Source: Felis catus (taxonomy: Eukaryota). From it: DNA of 64,000 nt. The notes under the pieces are model-generated. The model did not search any database and was not told the DNA's origin. It saw only the letters and a program-made list of their open reading frames with translations. Shown here piece by piece: positions 12,358 to 24,598 of this stretch (within the stretch, counting starts at the first letter, position 1; every line of letters begins with the position of its first letter). Location of the stretch: assembly GCF_018350175.1 (NCBI RefSeq), contig NC_058368.1, positions 85,872,001-85,936,000 on the forward strand. The letters are read 5' to 3'. Both the position numbers and the translations under genes were made by a program.

Positions 12358-13529
12358 GTAAGTTGATATTTAGTTTTCAACATTCCACACTTGAAGTTTT
12401 TTTTTCATTTTAATAAAACAACAAAATTCAGACATTCCATTTATGGCCCAGACATGTTTCAAAGCAACTAAAATGTATTTCTGCTACTTTTTAAAAAGTG
12501 AACATAAGTATTCGTAAGACAGGGAATTATGTAGGCCTAAATGGAGAAGAACAAGATGCATCACCTGGTGGTGCTGAGGGCCGGGACTCAGGTCTTATAT
12601 CTGCCTCATTCAGTGAGGACAGTCAGCTTTTGTGCATATAATAATTAACCATTTATTGTATACTCAGTGCTTGAGAAACACTGAGGAGAAAAGATTCTCT
12701 TTCATTATTGAAGTTGCTGTCTTACAACAGATCCAAATTCCACATTCAAATAATAAAGGAAAAACAAATATTCTAAGAGTGTTATGGAAGAGGATTCATG
12801 ATGCTCTGAACACATACAATGGTGAGATTGGACTTATTCATGGGGTTGTGGATTTGCTGAAAAGCAACAATGAGGATGAGGCTAGTTATATTGAAAGGGA
12901 CAGGTAGGTAGGTCAAAGAGAAAACTGGTATGTGTAAAGCACAAAGCACAATATGCGTATACTTTTCAGAGTAGAGATCATGCACCTCTTTGGTTAGGTT
13001 AATTCCTAGTTATCTAATGGTTTCTGGTGTAATTATAAATAAGACTGATCCCTTGCTTTCTTTTTCTGCTGGTTCATTGTTGGTGTATGAGGAATCTAAA
13101 TAGAATTCTGCACATTGATTGTGTATCCTGTGACTGTACTAGATTTCTGTATCATTTCTAGAAATTCTTTTGTGAAATCTTTTGGATTTTCTATAACATG
13201 TCATTTGCAAGTAGTAGAAGTTTGACTTCTCTATCCATGTGGATGCTTTTTATTTCTTTGTATTGTCTGTTTGCTGAGGCTCAGATTTCCAGTATGATGT
13301 CAAGTAACAGGGGTGAGAGTGGATATCTATGTTTGTTTGTCTGTCTGTCTGTTTTTTTTTCTTTTTCTGACAAATCTTTCAGCGGTTCCCCATTGAGGAT
13401 GATATTAAGTGTTGGTCTTTCACATATGGTTATTATTTTGTTGATGTATATTCTATCCCTATTTTGTGGAGGACTTTTAATTATTATTATTTATTAGTAG
13501 TAGTAGTACTTTTTAAATCAAGAATTGAC

Positions 13530-13741
13530 ACCTGGGTTGCCTGAGTGGCTCAGTCACCTAACACTCTGAATTTTGGTTTCAGGATGTTTTATGATCCCAG
13601 GGTCCTAAGATCAAGACGCACATCAGACTCAGTGCTGAGGATGGAGTTAAGATCATCTCTCTTGCCCTCTCTCTATATATGCCCCTTGCTTATGCTTGTG
13701 CTCTCTATCAATTAAGTAAATGTAAAAAAAAAAAAAAAAAG
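13530..13741 (+). mobile_element. Old CAN-SINE within L1
   Basis: gggttgcctgagtggctcagtc head, CT-rich region and poly-A tail; flanked by aagaattga on both sides. Confidence 0.75.
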
Positions 13742-14341
13742 AATTGATGCTGTACTTTGTTAAATGCTTTATCTGCAGTTATTAACAGAATCATATAGTT
13801 TTTCTTCATTCTTTTTTGAGGTGATGTAACACATTGACTGATTTGGGAATATTGCACCACCCTTGCAGCACAGGAATAAATCCCACTTGGGCTTGGATAA
13901 TGACTGTATGAATGTACTGTTTGATTCAGTTTGCTGGTGTTCCCTTGAGAATTTTTGCATTCATGTTCATTAGGGATATTGGCCTGTAGTTCTCTCTTTT
14001 TATTGGATTCTTTGTCTGATTTTGGTATCAGGGTAATGCTGACCTCATAGAATGAATTTGAAAGTCTTCCTTCAATTTCCGATTTTTGGAATAGTCTGAG
14101 AAGAATAGGTATTAACTCTTCTTTAAATGATTTATAGATTTTCCCTGTCAAGCAGTCAGGTCCTGGACTTTTGTTTGTGGGTAGAGTTTTGATTAGGAAT
14201 TTAATGTCATTGCTGGTTATTGGTCTGCTCAAGTTTTCTCTTTCTTTCTGTTTCTGTTTCGGTACGTTATATGTTTCTAGAAGTTTTTCCATTTCTTCCT
14301 TTATGTCCAATTTGTTGTCATATATTTTTTATACTATGTTC

Positions 14342-14562
14342 TTTTTTTTAAATTTTTTTTTCAACGTTTATTTATTTTTAGGACAGAGAGAGACAGAGCA
14401 TGAACGGGGGAGGGGCAGAGAGAGAGGGGACACAGAATCGAAACAGGCTCCAGGCTCCGAGCTATCAGCCCAGAGCCTGACGCGGGGCTCGAACTCACGG
14501 ACCGCGAGATCGTGGCATGGCTGAAGTCGGACGCTTAACCGACTGCGCCACCCAGGCGCCCC
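14342..14562 (-). mobile_element. Young cat-type CAN-SINE
   Basis: CpG-rich near-consensus body; 14-bp target-site duplication tatactatgttctt at 14330-14343 and 14563-14576. Confidence 0.93.
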
Positions 14563-15060
14563 TATACTATGTTCTTATCATTGTTTATATTTCTGTGGTG
14601 TTGTTTGATGTTTCTCATCTCTCCTTTGTCATTTCATTTACTTGTGTCCTTTCTCTTACCTTTCTGATAAGTCTGGCAGCTGTTTATTAATTTTATTCTT
14701 ATTTTTTTACATCCTGCTCCTGGTTTCATTGATCATTTCTATTTTGTTTGTTTGCTTGTTTCAGTATCTTTTATTTCTGTTTGAATCTTCATTGTAACTT
14801 TCCTTCGGTAGGTTTTAGGCTTTGTTTTTTATTCTTTCTCTGGCTTTCATGTAAGGTTAGGTTTTTTATTTGAGGTGTTTCCTGCTTCTTGAGGTAGGTA
14901 TTGTTCTCTAATTCCTTTGGGACCACTTTTGCTGTATCCTAAAGCTGTGGACCATTGTGTTTTCATTTTCATTTCTTTGCATGTATTTTTCTTTCTCTTC
15001 ATTTCCCATTCATTCTTTAAAACCACGTTCTTTAACCTCCTTATATTTGTGGTCTTTCTA

Positions 15061-15061
<1 letters not shown>

Positions 15062-15100
<39 letters not shown>
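15062..15100. repeat. (TG)n microsatellite
   Basis: Uninterrupted TG run. Confidence 0.95.
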
Positions 15101-15102
<2 letters not shown>

Positions 15103-15546
15103 ACTTCAAGTTTCATAGCATTGGGGTGATAAAAGATGCACAGAGTGATCTGACTCATTTCATCTCAGTGAGGCCTGAGATGTTATCTATTCTGGAGAAT
15201 GTCCCTAGTTCACTTGAAAAAAATGGACTATCTCAAAATAAAGGCTTTTTTCTTTCCCCCAAGCAAAGAACACCATTAAAAAATGAAAACCTAGTGACAG
15301 GGAATAGAAAATTGCAATCATAAATGTGTTAAGGGACTAACATCTAAAAAATATAATCAAATCATTCAATTCAATATCAAAACCTCAAACAGCCCAACTT
15401 AAAAATGTAGAAAATCTAGGATTAGATTTTTCAAAAAAATAAATAAATAAACATACATATGGCCCACAGTCCCATGAAAATATTTTAACCTGTAGAAGTT
15501 TTAGTTTGACTTTGTAACTTATTTGTGTTCTTTTTTCTTCTTCAAG

Positions 15547-15567
15547 GTAAACTCCAGGAAAAATATG
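15547..15567 (+). CDS. Heptad micro-exon A1, (G)KLQEKY
   Basis: Pyrimidine tract and caag acceptor; GTAAACTCCAGGAAAAATATG; gtaagt donor. Confidence 0.72.
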
Positions 15568-16643
15568 GTAAGTCATTTATTACCTCCTTATATTTATCAG
15601 ATTTATCACAGTACCTAGAGCTCAGGGGTTTCTTCTTTTTTAAGCATAGATTTCCAAGGAAAACAGTCAGTAAAAATAGAAGGAAATAAATACCAATTAG
15701 GAATCTGGGATTGTGTATTCCCTTCATTTGTCTTCATTAGCTTGTTCAAGTGTCCATGACCTCTGTTGGGTCATTGTGCTTATAAACCCTTGAGGTTTGC
15801 CAAGGTATCTTTGATTCTACAGAGAGGACACGCTGGTTAATACCTGGGCAAAGTAGAAAAGCAAGGTCTGCAGCAAACCCACCAGGAATCCTGAACAAGC
15901 ACATGGCACTACATTTCAAAGCAGAGCACAGCCTGGTCCACCATCCAAATGTCTACTAAAGTTAGCTATTCTCACTTTGTGTTGGTTAGATTGCAGTGTC
16001 CCTTTTACTTGCTAATCTGCTTTCACTGGAATTGAGAAAAGGGAGCTTGTGTCAAATGCACCTGTGGAACCTTTTTTCTCTTCTGCATTTTCAAAACATC
16101 CTCATGTATTGAGGATTCTTTCTAGCCTCCTGACCCCCTCACATTTTAAAATCTTTTCTCATGTGCTGCAGATGAGTTTCCAAGGTATGAATTGGTGTTT
16201 GTATTACCGTCAGTGTATGCCCCCTTTAAAGTGTCAGGGAAAAAGTTCGTCTCTCTATGCAAAGAATTCTTCTTGGCATGAGCGATGAAGACTGAGTCAC
16301 TGTTTCAGGTTATTCCTGACTCTGGATATATTCCGCACCCAAAGGCTCATGGATCCTGTCCCAGTCTCTTGAGGCACAGATCCCATGTGTAATCTCGATG
16401 AACTTTTTTGGGGGAATAGCCTATCATGAGCTCCACACAATCAACAGGTGGAGGGGCATGGACTGATTTATTTCTTATACACAAGACCTGCTTCTTTTCC
16501 CCTCTTCGCTAGCTCTTATTTTCACCTATTGCTAAATATCATACCAAGTCAGGCAAGAAAGACTTGAGTAAAATCTGTTTCTTTAGAAATTCTTCCATAC
16601 ATGCTTTATTGAATGCATTATTATTTATCTTGGTTTTACACAG

Positions 16644-16664
16644 AACTCTTATTTAAACAGAAAG
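16644..16664 (+). pseudogene. Heptad micro-exon B1, (E)LLFKQK, donor mutated GT>GA (same at 28819-28839, 40999-41019, 53179-53199)
   Basis: Homologous to 9130-9150; acceptor intact but followed by gagagt instead of gtgagt. Confidence 0.6.
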
Positions 16665-17274
16665 GAGAGTAGTTTTTGTTTCCATTTAGAGGCAAACATC
16701 ATAGAAAAATATACTCGATCAACTAAAATTTAGCAAACGATTTCCATATCATAAACATTTTGTTCAACTGGCCTACTTCTATAAGATTAGCTACCAGTTG
16801 AAACTATGTTGTGTTTGGTAACACTATAAATTATAGGCTGTGAAACCAATTGTCATTTAAACAAAGTCACACTGTGGCATCTTTGTTGGAAGATTTCACC
16901 TGTGTTTAAATATTTGTTTTTAAGGTCCCAGGAAAGTATTGAGATATTCCTTTATGATGTTTTCTACTATGACTTCTATAATGCATGTCCATATCTCAAT
17001 TTTGAACTTCTCCTGGGTTTCTGCTAATTCTTGACTTCTTTGTTATTAAATAGTTATTAATGATAACTTGTACATTCTATGGTAAGATGACAACCAAAAT
17101 ATCACAGTCTAGTTTTGGTTCGTTGAAAGTCTTTACATTTTTCTGCATTATATGTCAAACTGTTAAATATGATTTGCATAAGCTTTGATATTCTGTATCC
17201 ATATTTTATGTTTTTGTTTTGATTTTTGATTTTTTTTTTTTACCTTTTGACCTTGTTACTTAAGAGAGCGTTAG

Positions 17275-17503
17275 TTTTTTTTTTCTTTTTAATATTTTTT
17301 AACGTTTATTTATTTTTGAGACAGAGAGAGACAGAGCATGAACGGGGGAGGGTCAGAGAGAGGGGGAGACACAGAATCTGAAACAGGCTCCAGGCTCTGA
17401 GCGGTCAGCACAGAGCCCGATGCGGGGCTCGAACTCATGGACCGCGAGATCATGACCTGAGCTGAAGTCGGACGCTTAACCGACTGAGCCACCCAGGCGC
17501 CCC
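17275..17503 (-). mobile_element. Young cat-type CAN-SINE inserted at the tail of an older SINE
   Basis: Near-consensus CpG-rich body ending ccaggcgcccc; absent from copy 0. Confidence 0.92.
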
Positions 17504-17708
17504 AATTTTTTAATATTCATTTAATTTCATTTGAGAGAAATCATAAGAGAGAAGGGGAGGGGCAGAGAAAGAGGGATAGAACGGATCTCAAGCAGGCTCT
17601 GTGCTGTGAGTGCAGAGCTATGGGAACTCTAACTCACAGACCGTGAGATCATGTCCTGAGCTGAAGTCCAGAGTCAGATGCTCAAGTGACTGAGCTGCCA
17701 AGGTGCCC
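17504..17708 (-). mobile_element. Older CAN-SINE (present in every unit)
   Basis: Paralogue of 9790-9993. Confidence 0.8.
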
Positions 17709-18453
17709 TAGGCGCATGCTTCTTAGTGATTTTATCTCTGTGTCTTTGTACTTGTTTTTCTCTATTCCTGAAATACTTTATTTCTGTGCTCATGTCACAA
17801 TTAACTCTGCTTTCCCTGTGGGAACTTGGTGAACGATCACGACCACAGAGAGGGATCTGAGTACTTTATGGAATCCCACAGCCATGAGATCTCTCGTTAC
17901 TGCTTTACATGGTGCTTTGTGCAGGTGACAGGTCAGAGTTCTGTGTCCTCCTTTACTGAGAGAGCCTGATCCCTGCAGAGCTAAGGGCGGCCAGTCCACA
18001 AATATCTGTTGAGTGGAAGAAATGATTTTTATTCATATTTTTTGTCATTTTCTGTTTGTTTTCCTCCTTGTTTATCTATATTATATAAGAAAAGAGAACA
18101 AGAGTTCTATTGCTATCCTGTTCGATGGCTTAAAGATCACATAATACCTAACTTGTACAGAATCACTTAGGTGAAAATTAATCTCTTACATTGACTTCTT
18201 CTCATATTTTTCTGAACCTCATGTCTTTGGACATACACCTCTGGACCAGGTGAGGCAAAGTGAAGAATCCTGTCCTGGAGCTGCCAGTAATGGGCTTGCC
18301 CAGGAGACTTCCAGTTAGGCTCTACGTGACATCAAGACAACCATGTGGAGGGTGGATTTCTTATCCCATGCAAGGATACAAATGGGGGTGGGAGTTGGGA
18401 GGAGGTACTGTCCAGGAAACATACTATATTATTGCTTACTTAAGACACTTCTC

Positions 18454-18670
18454 GGGGCGCCTGGGTGGCTCAAGTCCCTTGGGCATCTGACATCGACTCA
18501 GGTCCTGATCACAGGGTTTGTGAGTGGGAACCCTGATTCAGGCTCTGTGCTGACAGGTTGGAGACTGTAGCCTGCTTCAGATTCTGTGTCCCTCTCCCTC
18601 TGCCCTTTCCTCGCTTGCACTCTCTCCTCTGCCTCTCTCTCTCCAAAATAAATAAACCTTTTTCTTTTTA
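18454..18670 (+). mobile_element. CAN-SINE (present in every unit)
   Basis: ggggcgcctgggtggctca head, CT tract, aaataaataaa tail; paralogue of 11187-11425. Confidence 0.85.
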
Positions 18671-19522
18671 AATAATGTAACTTCTCAAAACAGGCCTAGG
18701 GAAATCATTTGCTGACTCCTTGAAATACCAAAAAAAAGTTACTGTTTTGTGTTTGAGGGTAAAATCCATGAGGCATTCCATTTCACCCTATGTCTGCTGC
18801 CATGTAGAGTTTATTCTGGAGGACAAATCAGCATGAGTTCAGATTAATTTAAGATACAGTTGGGAGGTTTCCACAACTGATGACTAAACAGCCTATGGTT
18901 AGGACATTTTAAGGTGTGTATCAGGAAACCACCTACCTATTGCTCAAACTCCAAAACATATGTATTGAATTTTTTTGGTTGTTCACATTAAGGATTCATT
19001 ACTTGAGCTGAGTATGGTAAAGATACCACCTTCTCAATGCAAGGTCGGTAAAACATACTGTCATTCTGAGAAAATCCTCTGTTCTCAGTATTTTTTTTTT
19101 CCTTTTCCTTTTCTACTTATCAGTTTCCAGATATTATAAATGATCTTGTGCGAAAATAAGGTACTCAAGGACAGTTTCAGACTACCTTCTTATCTTGGAA
19201 ATAATGGGTAAAATTTGTGGGTATTTGCACCTATTTTCCCTAATTTTTGGACCTCACCCAAAAGAGACCTTTTGTAATATTCTGTTTTATGTCTATATAA
19301 ACACATATAAAAGCCAGATAGCTTTTTAGATTGTGTTATTTATTATTATTATTAATATTCAGTACATAAATTGCTCTTTCTATGTCAGAGAAATATACTG
19401 GATCGTCAGCTTTCTGGGTCTCAGTTTTCAAATGAGAACCAAGTTCCAGGACAGATTTTCCATTGACAGTGATAGGAGGACACTTTCTAACAGACTTTTG
19501 TTTTGTTTGTTTCTTTATATAG

Positions 19523-19543
19523 CAAAACTAGAAGAAGAGAACG
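19523..19543 (+). CDS. Heptad micro-exon F1, (A)KLEEEN
   Basis: ttctaac branch-like site, long T-rich tract and tag acceptor; CAAAACTAGAAGAAGAGAACG; weaker gtacgc donor. Confidence 0.6.
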
Positions 19544-20064
19544 GTACGCCCTATTTAGTTTTCAACATTCCACCCTTGATGTTCTTTCATTTTAATAAAA
19601 CAACAAAATACAGACATTGCATTTATGACCCAAACGCGTTTAGAAGCAGGTAATGTATCCTTCTGCTATTTTTAAAAACGTAACCTAAGTATTCCTAAGA
19701 CAAGGAATGATGTAGGCCTAAATGGAGAAGAATGCGATGCATCATGTGGTGAGTTCAGGGCTGGGACTCAGGTGTTAAATCTGCCCCATTCAGTGAGGGC
19801 GGTCATCCTTTCTGCATGTAGTAATTAGCTACCTATTTCATACTCAGTTCTTTAGAAACACTGAGGAAAGAAGACTCTCTTTTGCTATGGAACTTTCTAC
19901 CTTACGACAGATGCAAATTCCACATTCAAATAATAAAAGTAAAACAAATATGGAATATGTTATAGAAAAGGATTCTTGATGCTATGAAGACATAAAATAG
20001 AGTGGACTTATTCATGGGATTGTGGATTTGCTGAAAAGCAGCAATGAAGATGAGGCAAGTGGTA

Positions 20065-23000
20065 TTTCTTTAATATGAAATTTATTATCAAATTGGTTCC
20101 CATACAACACCCAGTGTTCATCCCAACAAGTACCCTCCTCAATGCCCATCACCCAATTTCACCGCCCTCCAACCCCCCATCAACCCTCAGTTTATCCTCA
20201 GTTTTTAACAGCCTCTTATGGCTTGCCTTCCTCCCTTTCTAACTTTTTTCCCCTTCCCCTCACCCCCCCCCAATAGTCTTCTGTTACGTATCTCAGGAAC
20301 CACATAAGAGTGAAAACATATGGCATCTGTCTTTCTCTGTATGACTTATTTCACTTAGCCTAACAGTATCCAGTTCCATCCACATTGCTAAAAAAGGCCA
20401 TATTTCATTCCTTCTCATTGCCACGTAGTATTCCATTGTATATAGAAACCACAACTTCTTTATCCATTCATCAGTTGATGGACGTTTAGTCTCTTTCCAT
20501 AATTTGGCTATTGTTGAAAGTGATGCTATAAACATGGGGGTAGAAGTGTCCCTATGCATCAGCACCCCTGTGTCCCTTGGATAAATTTCTAGGAATGCTA
20601 TTGCTGGGTATAGGGTAGATCTATTTTTAATGTTTTGAGGAACCTCCACACTGTTTTCCAGAGAGGTTGTATCAGTTTGCATTTCCACCAACAGGGCAAG
20701 AGGGTCCCCGTTTCTCCACATCCTCTCCAGCATCTATAGTCTCCTGATTTGTTCATTTAGGCCACTCTGGCAGGCATGAGGTGATATCTCACTGTAGTTT
20801 TGATTTGTATTTAAATGATGATTACTGACTTTGAGCATCTTTTCATGTGTCTGATGGCCACCTAGATGTCTTCTTTAGAAAAGTGTCTAATCATGTCTTC
20901 TGTCTATTTCCTCACTGGATTATTTGCTTCTCAGGTGTGGAATTTGGTGAGTTTTTTTTTTTTTTTTTAATATAGATTTTAGATACTAGCCCTTTATCCT
21001 ATAAGTCATTTGCAAATATCTTTTTCCCACTCCATAGGTTGCCCTTTGTGGTTTTGATTTGTATTTCCCTGATGAGGAGTGACATTGAGCATCTTTTCAT
21101 GTGCCTGTTGGCCATCTGGATGTCTCTTTTAGAGAAGTGTCTATTAATGTCTTCTTCCCATTTCTTCACTGGATTATTTGTTTTTCGGGTGTGGAGTATG
21201 GTGAGTTCTTTATAGATATTGGAGACTAGCCCTTTGTCCGATGTGTCATTTGGAAATATCTTTTCCCGTTCCGTTGGTTGCCTTTTAGTTTTGCTGATTG
21301 TCTCCTTTGCAGTGCAGAAGGTATTCGTCTTCCTGAGGTCCCAATAGTCATTTTTTTTGCTTTTAATTCCCTTGCCTTTGGAGATGTGTCAAGTAAGAAA
21401 TTGTTGAGGCTGAGGTCGGAGAAGCTTTTTCCTGCTTTCTCCTCTAGGGGTTTGATGGTTCCCTGCTGAACATTCAGGTCCTTCATCCATTTTCAATTTA
21501 TTATTGTGAATAGTGTAAGAAAGTGTTCAGTTTCATCCTTCTGTATGTTGCTGTCCAGTTTTCCCAACACCATTTGTTAAAGAGACTGCCTTTCTTTAAT
21601 TGGAGATTCCTTCCTGCTTTGTCAAAGATTAGTTGGCCATACTTTTGTGGGTCCAATTCTGGAGTCTCTAATATATTCCATTGGTGTATGTGTCTGTTAT
21701 TGTGCCAATACCATGCTGTCTTGATGATTACAGCTTTGCATTGGAGGCTAAAGTCTGGGATTGTGATGCCTCCCACTTTGGTCTGCTTCTTAAATATTAC
21801 TTAGGTTATTCCAGGTCTCTTGTGGTTCCCTACAAATTTTAGGATTCCTTGTTCTAGCTTAGAGAACAATGTTGGCGTAATTTTCATTGGGATTTCATTG
21901 AATGTGTGGATTGATTTGGGTAGTATCGACATTTTAACAATATTTATTCTTCCAATCCATGAACACGGAATGTTTTTCCATTTCTTTGTATATTCTTCAA
22001 TTTCCTTCAAGAGCTTTCTACACTTTTCAGCATACAGACCTTTCACATTTTTTGGTGAGGTTTATTCCTAGGTATTTTACGATTCTTGTAATTTTGAATG
22101 GGATAAGTTTCATTCTTTGTCTTTCCGTTACTTCATTTTTAATGTATAATAATGCAACTTATTTCTGTACATTGATTTTTTTTATCCTGCGACTTTGCTG
22201 AATTAATGTATCAGTTCTAGCAGGCTTTTGGTGGAGTCTATTAGGTTTTCCATGTCATCTGCAAAAAGTGAAAGCGTGACTTCATCTTTGCCTTTTTTTA
22301 TGACTTTGATTCCTTTTGTTGTCTGATTGCTGATGCTGGAACTTCCAACACCATATTAAACAAGAGCGGTGAGAGTAGATATCCCTGACGTGTTCCTGAT
22401 CTCAGGGAGGAAGCTCTCAGTTTTCCCCCATTGAGGATGTTATTAGCTCTGGGTTTTTGGTAATTGCCTTTTATGATGTTTAAGTATGTTCCTTCTATCC
22501 GACTTTCTCGAGGGTTTTTATTAAGAAAGGATGCTGAATTTTGTCAAATGCTTTTTCTGCATCGATTGACAGGATCATATGGTTCTTTTCTTTTCATTTA
22601 TTAATGTGATGTATCACATTGATTGATTTGAGAATGTTGAGCCAGCCCTGCAGTCCAGGAATGAATCCCACTTGATCGTGGTGGATAATATTTTTTATAT
22701 GCTGTTGAATTTGGTTTGCTAGTATCTTGTTGAGAATTTTTGCATGCATATTCAATAGGAATTTTGGCCTCTAGTTCTCTTTTATTGCTGGGTCTCAGTC
22801 TGTCTTGGGGATCAAAGTAATGCTGGCTTCATAGAATGAGTCTGGAAGTTTTCCTTCTCTTTCTATATTTTTGAAAATCTTGAGAAGGATAGGTATTATC
22901 TCTACGTTAAATGACTTGTAGAATTCCCCAGGGAAGACTTCTGGCCCTGGACTCTTATTTGTTGGGAGATTTTAGATAACTGATTCAATTTATTCGCTGG

Positions 23001-24598
23001 TTATGGGTCTTTTCAAGTTTTCTAGTTCGTCCTGTTTGAGTTTGGGAAGTGTGTGGGTGCGTAGGAATGTGTCCGTTTCTTCCAGCTTGTCCAGTTTGTT
23101 GGCATATAGTTTTTTTGTAGTATTCCCTGATAATTGCTTGTATTTCTGAGGGATTGGTTATAATAGTTCAATTTTAATTAATGATTTTATCTATTTGGGT
23201 CTTCTCCCTTTTCTTTTTGAGATGTGTGGCTAGAGGTTTATCAATTGTTCATTTTTCAGAAAATATACTCTTGGTTTCATTGATCTACTACAGTTTTTTT
23301 TTTTTTTTTTAGATTCTATATAGTTTATTTCTGCTGTGATTTTTATTTCTCTTCTTCTTCTGGGTTTGGGTGTCTTTGCTGTTCTGCTTCTATTTCCTTT
23401 AGGTCTGCTGTTAGATTTTGTATGTGGGATTTTTCTTGTTTCTTGGGAAAGGCCTGGATTGCAATGTGTTTTCCTATCAGGACTGCCTCTGCTGTATCCC
23501 AAAAACTGTTGGATTGTTGTATTTTCATTTTAATTTGTTTCCATACATTTTTAATTTCTTCTCTAATTGCCTGGTTGACACATTCATTCTTTAGTAGGGT
23601 GTTCTTTAACCACCATGATTTTAGAGGTTTTCCAGGCTTTTTCCTGTAGTTGATTTCAAGTTTCATAGCATTGTCCTCTGAAAGTGTGCATGATATGTTC
23701 TCAATTCTTTATACTTATTAAGGGCTGATTTGTGTCCCGGTATGTGATCTATCTTGGAAAATGTTCCATGTGCACTGGAGAAGAAAGTATATTTTGTCAC
23801 TTTGGGATGCAGAGTTCTAAATATATCTGCCAAGTCCATCTGACCCAATGTATCATTCAGGGCTCTTGTTTCTTTGTTGATCCTGGTAGAGATGATCTAT
23901 TCATTGTTGTATGTGGGGTATTAAAGACCCTGCAGTTACCACATTCTTATCATTAAAGTTGCTTATGTTTGTGATTAATTGTTTTATATATTTGGGGGTT
24001 TCTGTATTCGGCGCATAGACATTTATGATTGTTAGCTCTTCCTGATGGATAGACTCTGTAATAATTATATAATGACCTTCTTCATTTCTTGTTACAGCCT
24101 TTAATTTAAAGTCTAGTTTGTCTGATATAATTATGGCTACTCCAGCTTTCTTTTGACTTCCAGGGGCATGATAAATAGTTCTCCATCACCCACTTTCAAT
24201 CTGAAAGCGTTCCCAGGTCTGAAATGAGTCTCTTATGGACAACAAATAGATGAGTCTTGTTTTTTATCCATTCTGACACCCTATGACTTTTGACTGGAGC
24301 ATTCATTCCATTTACATTAAGTGTTATTATTCAGTGTTAAAGATATGGGTTTGGAGTCATTGTGATGTCTGTAGGTTTCATGCTTGCAGTGATGTCTCTG
24401 GTACCGTGTGGTGCTTACAACATTTCACTCACAGAGTCCCCCTTAGAATCTCTTGTAGGGCTGGTTTAGTGTGATGAATTCTTTCAGTTTTTGTTTGTTT
24501 GGGAAAACCTTTATCTCTCCTATTCTGAATGACAGCCTTGTTGAATAAAGGATTCTGGGCTGCATTTTTTTTTTCCCTACTGATCACATTGTAGAATT
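20065..24598 (-). mobile_element. 5'-truncated carnivore LINE-1 (ORF1 C-terminus, disrupted ORF2, 3' UTR), unit 1
   Basis: ORF2 peptides GGITIPDF...KTAWYW, KKWKNIPCSWIGRINIVKMSILPK and FFSSAHGTFSKIDH; ORF1 end TKPALQEILRGTL; many frameshifts. Confidence 0.93.

Larger units (their letters stand above)
7915..12890 (+). repeat. Diverged paralogous copy ('copy 0') of the non-L1 part of the tandem unit
   Basis: Colinear with ~15490-20060, sharing the micro-exons and two SINEs, but with many substitutions and indels. Confidence 0.9.
12960..15222 (-). mobile_element. Old LINE-1 ORF2 fragment (endonuclease end to RT), interrupted by SINEs and (TG)n
   Basis: ORF 13708-14310 has KSPGPDCLTGKIYKSFKEELIPILLRLFQK...NSFYEVSITLIPK, characteristic L1 ORF2; frameshifted. 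Confidence 0.9.

Noticed and set aside
12663..12685. Short hairpin ctcagtg...cactgag
   Set aside because: Too short for a structured RNA and partly broken in array copies.
15800..15935. Minus-strand reading AVLCFEM*CHVLV...CCRPCFSTLPRY*PACPLCR, resembling a RING finger retrocopy
   Set aside because: First Cys and the His are missing, there are two stops, and copy 0 has Ser at two of the Cys positions plus a frameshift. Probably chance, though a translated search could test it.
19333..19653. 106-aa + strand ORF repeated in every unit
   Set aside because: Intron-like AT-rich sequence; only the embedded AKLEEEN heptad is bounded by splice signals.
20293..20733. 146-aa ORF repeated in every unit
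   Set aside because: It is the C-terminus of L1 ORF2, not a host gene.
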